DNA of 64,000 nucleotides from Octopus sinensis (Eukaryota), in contig NC_043002.1 of NCBI RefSeq assembly GCF_006345805.1, positions 115,072,001-115,136,000 of the forward strand. The letters run 5' to 3'. Positions within the stretch are counted from its first letter, which is position 1, and every line of letters starts with the position of its first letter. A program made the position numbers and the translations under genes. Shown here one piece after another: positions 27,332 through 38,162 of the stretch. A model generated the notes under the pieces. The model was not told where the DNA came from and did not search any database. It was given only the letters and a program-made list of their open reading frames with translations.

Positions 27332-29224
27332 CTGAAAATGTAAAACTTTTCTCTATTTCTTACTTAGAACATGAAATTAATTGGATTGTATTTCTATTTC
27401 TTTTTCTTGTTGTTCCTGAAATTGTTTTGAATATTTTTAAATGTAGAACGTCATTTCATAAACATCTCAAATTCATTATGACCATAGAATTATGTTTTTA
27501 CAAATAGAGGTAAAATTTGAGTAAGAAATGAATGTAATGCCTATTCCAATAATGAGTAAATTAATACAGGCATTTAACATAGTTTCGAGATAATACACGA
27601 CAAAAATAGCATTTCTAAGTGTGACAGACTCCTCTCTGAAACTTAAGACCTAACACATTTTTAAACTTTAAAATATTTAAAAATATTGAAATAGAAGTTT
27701 CTACCAAGAATGTTTTTTCACAAAGCACGCCAAGTTGTTACAAGCCTCGAAGCAAACGTAGATGAATTTGGTGTTTTGATTAGGAATGAAATTTCAGACA
27801 AACAGTAAAAATGTTCAGGTGTTCAAGATTAAAGAGAGCATTACCGTAAAACACTTCCTTCGTTTGGAACATAAAATGTTTACATTGCTCACTTAATCGA
27901 AAGGAAAATGTTCCTATAGAAGTACTTTCAATAGATGAATGTGAAGCCATTCAAAAGATGAATGTGAAGGTTCTCTAGAATGATATTACGCAACACAGTA
28001 AAGAATCGCATTAAATGAGTGGCGAATAAAGGACTTTCAATAGATTACAGAAGCAGAAGAGAAAGCACAGATCAGAAAGAAGATATATGTCATACAGTCC
28101 AGACAACATCCCAAACATCTGAAGGAAAAAAGGGCAGCCAATAACTTGTTTACCATTTATACAATACTTACTGTGCCATAACTAAGATCTACTACTGTTT
28201 AGTGAGAAATTATGCATATCAAATTATCAGAATAAAATCCAGAGATAACTAATGTTATCCAAAAGTATTAAAATAGTTATACAAATAATGAAAAAAAATC
28301 CATCTGTAAAGCAAATGAATTGGTGTACGTGTCATTTGTTTGGGTCTCAAAGGTTTGGGTCACTTGCGGTATGTGCTGCATTTTGCTGGAACTCGTGAAA
28401 TCATTAACGAAGGATAAGTAAAGAATGTGAATTTTCACTTAGAAAAAGGAAAACTCAGAGAAATGGTCATTATCATTCCGGTGTTATTCAAGGAAACACT
28501 TGAACTCACCCCAATACTACGTTCGCACTACCGATCAGCTTTCAATAAAAGGGTGGAGTTAACATTTCCTGGTTGATTTAGGAGAGTGAACAGATATGAC
28601 ATAGTGTAAAGGTGATGGAAACGTTCATCGACGAAAATATTTTATGCTTGACTGTCGCCGAATTCAAATCTGGTATAACTGCATCATGAAAAATCTGAAA
28701 AAATTCAAATTTCAAAATATTATCGTAAGAAAATTTGGTTAGAACAAGGAAGCAAATACTTTGGTAGTGAGTAGAGTATCAAACTCAGTAAAATGATAAG
28801 TAAAAAATAAAGACCATTCCAAAATTATACTGTTATTTACGAATACGCATAACTCTTAATTTTGTTACACCAGCACCAATGGCCGCATTGCCGACCGAAA
28901 TGTAGACTATCTCGAAAATCTTGACAGGCAGAAAAGCGAGGAAACATCACACGAATCATAGTCATGGCTTACATCTGAAAACAAACATGCTAGCATGAAT
29001 TAATTGTGATCTATAGTCTACTTATGAAGCTACTATCTTCAAGATCAAGAAATACTTCCGCTTGGACATTGATAAGTTGATCACAATTAGTCAGGAACAT
29101 GATGATGCAAAAGCTAAATGCTGCCTCTTTATAGCACCTTTTTTATTCTCCTAATGTGTGTGTGTGTGTGTATGTGTGTGTTGGTTATAATGTATGGTGG
29201 TATGAAAAAAAATATGCATACATA

Positions 29225-29365
29225 TATCCGTCACTTAGCGGTTCGGCAAAAGAGACCGATAGAATAAGTACTGGGCATACAAAGAAGAAGTCCCGGGGTC
29301 GAGTTGCTCGATTAAAGGCGGTGCTCCAGCATGGCCGCAGTCAAATGACTGAAACAAGAAAAAAA
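29225..29365 (+). mobile_element. 3' module of bipartite SINE family E
   Basis: CTTAGCGGTTCGGCAAAAGAGACCGATAGAATAAG...AAGGCGGTGCTCCAGCATGGCCGCAGTCAAATGACTGAAAC. Related pieces at about 37085-37300 (+), 43880-44015 (-) and 61785-61910 (+). Confidence 0.8.
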
Positions 29366-29455
29366 GAAAAAGAAAAAAGAAAGAAAAAGAATATATACAC
29401 GAACATGTATGTGAATATATATATTGATATACACACATACATATATACATACATG

Positions 29456-29488
<33 letters not shown>

Positions 29489-29735
29489 CATATATCATAT
29501 ATCATATATTAGCGCTTTCGTCCACTCTAGTGGAGTTGTAAAATTGAACTTTTGCAGGAATTCTGTCTCTTTTATAGTATTATTGAGTGTGTAGGGATGG
29601 AGAGAGATATAAGATAATACAAGGGGGTAAGGAATGGGGAGAAAGTGAGACAGAGTGTGTGTGTGTGTGTATCTGAAAGTAGTGTTAAAGAAAAGAGAAG
29701 GAAAGGAACAAGGAGAGAAAGATATATATATATAT

Positions 29736-29936
29736 GACCTCGTGAGTACCGCCAGCGATTTTTTTTCCTCTGTCTTCCCTTCTCGGGATCTTTGCTTCTC
29801 CTATGTTTCCGACGAAGAGCTCCGCTCGAAACGTTAAACCCTCCTTCTTCCCTTCTTTCCTGAGCGTCCAATAATACTTTATTTGTTCCACGTCCTCGCG
29901 TTGCTGTGTTTTTTTGTGTTTTCTTGTTGTTTGGAT

Positions 29937-29940
<4 letters not shown>
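29736..29940 (+). mobile_element. (TA)n-embedded short element carrying a hammerhead fold (PLE pLTR-derived or retrozyme-like)
   Basis: About 205 bp bounded by (TA)n on both sides; pyrimidine-rich strand ends GTTTGGATTAAC(TA)15. A truncated inverted copy follows at 29971-30061. Confidence 0.7.
29805..29839 (+). ncRNA. Minimal type I hammerhead ribozyme motif
   Basis: GTTT-CCGACGA-A-GAGC(TCC)GCTC-GAA-ACGT-T-AAAC: helix I GTTT/AAAC, helix II 4 bp, loopless palindromic helix III, NUH triplet GUU. Core U4 reads C. Confidence 0.72.
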
Positions 29941-29974
<34 letters not shown>

Positions 29975-30525
29975 ATCCAAACATGAAAACACATAGAGCA
30001 AACACAACAACGCAAGGACGTGGAACAAATATAGTATTATTGGACGCTCAGAAAGGAAGGGACGTTGCATCAGAAATAGACACTATACTCAGTTTCGCCC
30101 GATTTGGGCTGTTTAGTACTATGGAGCACAATATATTGTTTGCAGTTTATACAAGAATATATTGACTTTGGAAGGGTGTGAGTGTTGTATCTAAGCGTTC
30201 GCAATAATTAACTTAAATATGTAGAGATTGTAGTAAAAAAAAATATTGTTAAACGGGATGGGACAATCATTAATTTTACACATGTTTGTAATCAATGAAT
30301 TTTAATTAAGACCATTGGAGGAAGATGAAATTATTTCGGACTACCTTTGTACTGGTTGGAGCGACATGTCTCAATTCTTATTGTTGATAGGAGGTTAATT
30401 TTTGAGATGGATTGTTCTAGTTCAGTGTGGAAATTTCTACAAATGCAAGGTTAGGTATCGATGTGAAATGTGGAAAGTGCGGCCAATGTTTATAAATACA
30501 TATATATATATATATATATATATAT

Positions 30526-30910
30526 CAAAAGGCAATCTGTATGTCCAACTTAACGTGGATGTTTTGTTACAACACCGGACACTGCTTTATTTATCTCGAA
30601 AGAACCTCTCATATGACTTCGTGGTACATAAAAGCACTCGTATTTATATCTTTGACAGACGAAGAATGTCTGCTACAGCCACCGAGACAGCCAGATCACG
30701 TGATTTCACCGTTTTGGGTTCCTCAGTGGCAGACGTCCGGTAGCGACATAACAACGGACAGCAATATATAGGATTTCAGTGCTTTTTTGGAACAGATGTC
30801 GCAGTAGTTTAAGCACGACCAGTTTATGAAAGATCTGTCTTGGCAAATAACGCTCTATTCGGTGTTCAAACAAGACATCTACGTTAAGTTGAACATAAAG
30901 ATTGTTTTTG
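30526..30910. mobile_element. Foldback/MITE-like element with long degenerate inverted arms
   Basis: Left CAAAAGGCAATCTGTATGTCCAACTTAACGTGGATGTTTTGTT versus reverse complement of right CAAAAACAATCTTTATGTTCAACTTAACGTAGATGTCTTGTT. Similarity continues for more than 100 nt; both strands translate NLYVQLNVDVL. Confidence 0.75.
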
Positions 30911-31520
30911 GTATTAATACTTCTGTCTTTATTAAGATACACATATACACATATATTTCCTTATTTTCTATATTTCTGCTTAAGAATGTATAAGATGTAA
31001 CAACAATTTCCGGCTGCAAGAATATTTCTTACAGAACATGTTAACATGAAACCAGTATCTAAAAACATTTTATAAAAGCTCTTAATATATTAAGGAAATA
31101 CTATATTTTCGAATGCGACAGCTGCAAAATTATTTACTGAAATTTTTTGGACCACACATCAAAAAACTGATACAAGGAAAACATTTTCAGATTAACAGGA
31201 AGCTTAGTTGTAAAGCATTTTAATCTGTTATTTGAAACTATTGAACATTAAAAGTCTACAGATGTAAAAGGAGTGGGGAAATAATCTCTATATTTTCATA
31301 ATACTTTCTAGAAAACTGAGGTAAGTAAAGTGAAGAGTGAGATGAACCTCTTCATCCAGGAATTATGTTAATGAAGAAGGCTGCATAGGCCAGTCAATAA
31401 ATGGGTATTATAATTAAATTTGATGTTTGAATTATAACTTACGCTTTATAAATTATAAGACAAATATCATTTAAAAGTAGAGCAGTTTTATTTTATCAAC
31501 AACCGAAAGAATAAATATAG

Positions 31521-31672
31521 TCCTTTCTATAAAGTATTTAACTAATTTTATCGACGCCGAAAGAATGAATAGTGAAGTCGACTGGGACGGAATCTTCACT
31601 AAGAACATAAAGGCAAGCGAAATACCGATAAGCATTTAGTCTGACGAGCTAAGAACTCTGCCAGCTTGCCGC
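31521..31672 (-). mobile_element. SINE family A, degenerate
   Basis: Reverse-complement match to the family A head and body. Confidence 0.75.
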
Positions 31673-33300
31673 ATCAAAAGAAACAATATAGTAAAAGAAC
31701 TACTCAACAAAAAACATAAGAAGCAGAGGAAATGTCATTTTCAATATTCCTATAACTGGAATGTTTAAACATGGACTTGAAACAATATGCTTCGTAGTAA
31801 ACAGGCGGTCAAACGTGACACAGTCCTGCACAACACACATCATAAATATAGATCTTACATATTTTATTTGAGGATATACAGGACTGAAAAAAGAAAAGAT
31901 GTAACAATGAATAATAACGTGCAAATACACACAAAAAACTAATCGGATAAACGGTCTTGCATAATGCTAGAATCTGCCAAGTTTCCAGCAGCATTAAATT
32001 GAGCATTGTGATAAAATCAATAGAGTGAAGGAAGATTTCTATACAAAACCGATCTTCTCTGACGAAGATAATTCATATAGCGCTTGATATCGGCACAAGT
32101 AAAAGCATCACGCCCGAGCAGAGAGGTGAAGTGCAGTTGACACAATTCGGTTCTAAGATGACTACTGGTGCACAAATCAAGCAATGTACAGGATTCTCTC
32201 AGAAATATAGCAAACACACAAGAAAAAGAAAAGTAGAAGAAAGTGGCGTCTGGCTCGACAAAATTTCCCATGCGTGTCATATAGAAAATGTGGACGGGAG
32301 GTAAGAAAAGAGCTGAGTAGAGGGAGGAAGAGTATTGCATGATGGGAAATTTAATATTCAGTATCTTCTGAGTTTTCTCAAACAATTCTCGATAACTAAC
32401 ACTTATACAACTTACAACCAAGTGGTAAATGTGTATGACCAAGTATAACTAATGTATCTGTAAAGCAATATCCTGCCAGCATTAGTCAGATTGAAAACAT
32501 CAGCAAGAGGAAAGCGCCACCTAGAGAATATAGAAGCGTTTAAATAAACGCAGGGTTACATAGGTTAGTTCGCATCAAAATAGAAATACACAAGAATTGA
32601 GATAATCTTACAGAATACTACCCAACAAAATGTCTGAATATTCATTGTGTACTTTGCGGCTGCTTGTTTACTAGGAAAGAGTTTTGACATGGAACCAATA
32701 AAAGAGAATAACAAAAGAAAGGAATTTTGGTCAAAGGGAACACTAGTAGGTGACATACAACTACTGCAATAAAATCTTAGAAGAGTTGGCCGCGACTGTC
32801 TTGAAGAGAATAAAGCTTCAAAAATCTCTGTGATATATAACATTTCTACCAGAATGGGAAATATCAAAGAGTAACTGGTTATATTCTAAGATATTTTGAG
32901 CAAAAAAGACAATCCAAGAGATTGATCTCTTCAAATTAGAACCAATAAGTAGTAGGGTTGGTTGGTTATATGCCTATGGGGCTGCGTATGAGTGATATAA
33001 CAACGCCAAACAAACATTTAATAGTAACTTTTATTTCACTGGACGAATAATATTTAAGTTGATCATGAATTATAAAGTTCCGACATCAAGTCAACACAAT
33101 TGAATGAATAATTCTGTAGCATTGATGATTAGTAGATTACAAAAGCTCTATACTGAAGCTTGATAAGACTGGAGTAGATATACATAGTAGATTCATTTCA
33201 ACCAGATAAATCAACATATCCAAATTGAGCAGACAATCGTGATAACGGCTATTACAAAGGCGAGAGAATGTGTGGAGTTGGATCTCAGGTTACCACGCAC

Positions 33301-33407
33301 ACTGAAAATTGGCGCTAAAACTGGCCTTTATATAACCCTTATGGGAAAAAGTTACAGAATGATCTAGATCGACCCATCACATCAAATTTGGCCGTTGATT
33401 GGCCAAT
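33301..33407 (-). promoter_or_regulatory. Candidate Pol II core promoter (CCAAT, TATA, Inr)
   Basis: Minus strand: Inr TCAGT with A+1 at 33303; TATATAAAG starting at -31 (33334); NF-Y-consensus GGCCAATCA at about -95 within the palindromic ATTGGCCAAT; locally CpG-rich. Confidence 0.5.
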
Positions 33408-35626
33408 AATTCGGCCTCTCACATAAACAAGCCGTTGTTCTGTCATGACTTTAACTTCGTAATTTGACGAATTGGTTTCGAGTCTCGCTAAAGTAACAAT
33501 ACCAAATGACGAAAAACATCGAGTGAACGGTATGCTGAACAACAAATCTCTAGGAACCGATATTGAACATGGTAGTAGTTGAAATATGTTATTTCATGCC
33601 TACAAAAAACTAGCTTCTGTCACAGACTGCGGGAGATACATGTTTTGTTTTTATTTTTAATTACTTTTCATTTGCCAAACCTCAGTAAAAAGATGATGTC
33701 GATAAATATGATACAAGCCAGAATTAAGTTATAAGAAAAGAATTCATATACAAAAATACTCGGAGAAACAGCCTTATTCGATATATGGCTATGAAGTATA
33801 TACTGTTACGGAAGTAATATAGTATACTTAAATTAAATCCCAACATGAACAATTAAACACTATGAGAAGAATTATAACTAATCTTTATTGTGAAGGCCTC
33901 TGTTGTTATAATACGAATCAAAACTAACAAAACATTAATGATCAGAACTAATCTCATATAAGTGTTCGATACACAAACCAAAAGATAACAGATTACCAAA
34001 GATAAGAAAATCTGTCGACTTTAAAAGTCCTTGACTTCATGGTTTACCTTTAGTTTTGAATCATAGCACCAAATTACATTTTTTATAATACCTAAAAGAA
34101 ATGCAAGCAAACATAATAGAAACCGACTTTGAGCCTCCAACAAATATCTATTCAGAAGAGAGAATGTAGATAGAGTTGCTGCAAAATAATAGTCAATATG
34201 TACTACAAACATCGACTTATCAATTTGTACTTTGATCTCTACTAAAATATTTGCCACAGCATTTAAACGAAAATATCCAGTGAAACAGAAAGAAAAACAC
34301 TAAACATAACTGGCTTTAAATATCAAAAGAGATCGTTGGTTTTCTGTTTTTTCTCATAAATTTGCATAAGGGAAGCACAAAATTTATTGCAATGACTGAA
34401 AACATTAACCAAGAATCGAAGCCTTTAGATTTCTAATTTAACACTTGAAAATACCAACAAATTTATTATAAGCATACTGAAGCTTTTGTAAAAAAATAAT
34501 TCTCTCAATTATTGATTTGATTGCATGTCATATGTGCATGACCATACAGTGTTTTATGTAATATACAACAATTGTTTTAATTTTTTAGTCATTAAAATAG
34601 AGTTAGTACATTAATTCTAATTCAGAACAGTTGGCTGAAGTCTAGAACTAGAGCCATAAGTTGGCTTGAAAGAAGAAAATAATACCAATTTCGTAGAATT
34701 ATAATTTCAGTAAGAATGAGTAGTGAATTTAAAATTTTAATCGAACTTCCTACTCTACAGAAATAATATTTCACGTGGTTTCTTGGGTTTTTCGACTAGA
34801 AGTGAAGTATTCCATTCTTTAAACATAAGAGTGAAACCGAAGTCTTCAAACGCACTTTATCACAGATGTTTCATCTCTAGATATATATTGATCCAATGGC
34901 TACACATTAAATTATTTCAGTTGTTTATTCTAGCTCTTTACTCAAACTGATTTATATTATTGATTTCGCCATCATTTTATGTCCTTGAAGCATAAAACGT
35001 TGATTCACATCATTTTCACTAAACCGATATGAATCGACATGCCACAATATAGACTTTTACGAGTCCTGATTTCTAAAAGTATACTTCATTTAAACACCAG
35101 TCAAGTCGATATGTTCATTCCCAAGAAGGATGTGTATTTAAAAAATTAATACAATCTAGCTTAAATGTAAACCTAACAAATTCTGACTTGTCTAAAAATA
35201 AAAAGCACAAATGTTAGAAAATGTTATAGTTCTTCAGTGTAAATTTTCTTATTTAGGCAAGGTTTTATCTAATAACAAAGTGTACTAATTAATTGTAGCT
35301 GTTGATTACTAATAAATTATTTTCATATTAACTAAGTAGCATTATTATTTAATATAATTTGCAGGTTACGTTTTAGTAAATAAGCAACAAAACTAATTGT
35401 TTGCTAACTGAAAGATACACAGTCAAACCAAATATCAACGTCGTGTATTTTCTTCAACTAACATTTAACTAATACTTTTCATTTTTAAATTCTTAATCGT
35501 AGCTCCAAGTACCCTTCAAGCAATAGCAAACTGAGAGTAAAACAAGCATAACAAAACTAGTCATGAATATATTTCCAACAGTTACACCTACGTAGAGTTA
35601 TAAGTACTAAAGATTAAGTAGTTTCT

Positions 35627-36043
35627 TATTTCTTTATTGCCCACGAAAGGCTAAACATAGAGGGGACAAACAAGGACAGACAAAAGGATTAAGTAGATTA
35701 TATTGACCCCAGTGCGTAACTGGTACTTATTTTATCGACCCCGAAAGGATGAACAGCAAAGTCGACCTCGGCGGAATTCGAACTCAGAACGTAGCGGCAG
35801 ACGAAATACCTATTTCTTTACTATCCTCAATGTGCTAAACACAGAGGGGACAAACAAGGACAGACAAACGGGTTAAGTCGATTACATCAACCCCAGTGCG
35901 TAACTGGTACTTAATTTATCGACCCCGAAAGGATGAAAGGCAAAGTCGACCTCGGCGGAATTTGAACTCAGAACTTAACGGCAGACGAAATACTGCTAAG
36001 CATTTCGTCCGTCGTGCTAACGTTTCTGCCAGCTCGCCGCCTT
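35627..36043 (-). mobile_element. SINE family A dimer (417 bp) with 16-17-bp TSD
   Basis: Head plus two tandem body modules; TSD AGATTAAGTAGTTTCT at 35611-35626 and 36048-36063. Confidence 0.95.
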
Positions 36044-36202
36044 TTCTAGATTAAGTAGTTTCTTGTGTATTAACGCGAGATTGATGCATAGCCTTGTCTC
36101 TCCTATTGACTCTGTTGAAAGAACATATACCAACGTGAAAATTTATTTTATATCCAAGGAATCGAAGGTGGGAGTCATGATGAAATCTGAATGAAATGGA
36201 CA

Positions 36203-36422
36203 AATATTGGTTTCAAACTTTGACTCGAGATCAGTAAATTCAGGGAAGTGGACAAGTCGATTTCATAGACCTCAGTTTTCAACTGGTACTTATTTGATCG
36301 TCCCCGAAAGGATAAAAGGCGAATTAAACCTTGGTGGTATTTGAACTCGGAACATAAAGACGGACGAAATGCCGTAAAGCATTTTGTCCGGCATGCTTAA
36401 CGATTCCGCCAGTTCGCTGCCT
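36203..36422 (-). mobile_element. SINE family A monomer, older
   Basis: Reverse-complement head and B box; diverged. Confidence 0.85.
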
Positions 36423-36986
36423 AATGTATAACAAATAGAACTGCGCGTCGACAGAAAGGCAAAAGTCTGTGAAAATGTTTTAGTAAAATATAAAAATTGT
36501 CGATTGCTTAGATAAATACGAATAACAGAGCTTGTTGTTTGATCCCTGATATAGAACACAAGAGTTAACTCACTAACTCTTCCCTTGCATCAGGCACTTG
36601 ATGCAGAATGTATCTTCACAAGTATACTTTTTTACGTGTCTATAAATGAAGGTTATTTATTCGCTTATTTCACTCACCATTTTCGTTTGCTTACAGAAAT
36701 TATTCAAATAATTAAGTTACATGATTTACACTGCTTTTTCAAGAATTTTTAGTAAATGAGGTAAACTTTAGTAAATATCTTTGCTGACTAAAAGAAACCC
36801 AGTCAAACCAAATATCAACGTCATGTAAAATTATAATTTCTAGCATGTAGTTTTGAAACAATACACTGAAATATCAATTATATATTATTGACCAATTAAG
36901 TATACAGAACTATAGTGATTAACCTTGGGCTTTTTGACAGGAAATTAATCTAGTGGGAGCACTATGAAAGTAAACAATGATCATTG

Positions 36987-36988
<2 letters not shown>

Positions 36989-37078
<90 letters not shown>
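36989..37078. repeat. (GT)n microsatellite
   Basis: Read directly; precedes a SINE E 3' module. Confidence 0.97.
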
Positions 37079-37400
37079 TATGTGTGTCTTGTCGCTGTGC
37101 TTGTCCCATACTAGCACTTGAAAACCATTGTTGGTGTGTTTACGCCCCCGTAACAGCGGTTCGGTACAAGAGACCGCTGGAATAACTAGTAGACTTAAGG
37201 AAAAAATCCTGCGGACGATTTGTTCGACTAAAACCCTTTAAGGTGGTGCCCCAGCATGGCTGCAGTCAGATGACTAACTCAAGTAAAAGGTAAAAGATAC
37301 ATATAAAATTGTAATACATTGTATCCTACGAAAAAGATTTCTATTATACAGACAACACTGGTGTGGACAACCTCGCAATATATATAAATGCTATAACTTA

Positions 37401-37817
37401 AAGGCGGCGAGCAGGTAGAAACGTTAGCACGCCGGGCTAAATGCTTAGCGGTATTTCGTCTACTGTTACGTTCTGAGTTCAAATTCCGCCGAGGTTGACT
37501 TTGCCATTCATCTTTTCGGGGTCGATAAATTAAGTACCAGTTACGCACTGGGATCGATGTAATCGACTCAATCCGTTTGTCTGTCCTTGTTTGTCCCTTC
37601 TGTGTTTAGCCCCTTGTGGGTAGTAAAGAAATAGGTAATTTGTCTGCCGCTACGTTCTGAGTTCAAATTCCGCCGAGGTCGACTTTGCCTTTACTCCTTT
37701 CGGGGTCGATAAATTAAGTACCAGTTACGCACTGGGGTCGGTGTAATCGACTTAATCCGTTTGTCTGTCCTTGCTTGTCCCCTCTGTGTTTAGCCCCTTG
37801 TGGGTACTAAAGAAATA
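37401..37817 (+). mobile_element. SINE family A dimer (417 bp) with 24-bp TSD
   Basis: TSD AATATATATAAATGCTATAACTTA at 37377-37400 and 37818-37841. Confidence 0.95.
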
Positions 37818-37965
37818 AATATATATAAATGCTATAACTTATTTCCATATCATGATAATTTTCAGTCTTGAGATAATTAAAATAATTAAAATATAAACAT
37901 TATATATGTAAATAAACTAAAAAATATAATCTATAATATATGGAATTGATATATGTGCATGCACG

Positions 37966-38162
37966 AGACGGCAAGCTGCCAGAATCGTTAGCACGCCAGC
38001 CAAAATGCTTAGTGGTATTTCGTCTGTTTTTACATTCTAAGCTCAAATTTCTCTGAGGTCGACTTTGACATTCATCCTTTCAAGTTCGATAAAATAAGTA
38101 CCATATCAATACTGGTAAATCAATTACATCGGCTCACTCCTCTTGACCTGGTGCTAAAATTT
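37966..38162 (+). mobile_element. SINE family A monomer, diverged
   Basis: GGCAAGCTGCCAGAATCGTTAGCACGCC...GAGGTCGACTTTG. Confidence 0.85.

Noticed and set aside
28520-28550. TTGAAAGCTGAT matching the 3' half of bantam miRNA (minus strand)
   Set aside because: No seed match and no precursor hairpin.
32017-32867. ORFs of 141 and 100 aa downstream of the promoter candidate
   Set aside because: GTG/ATG ORFs with no recognisable domain; similar-length open frames exist on the opposite strand.
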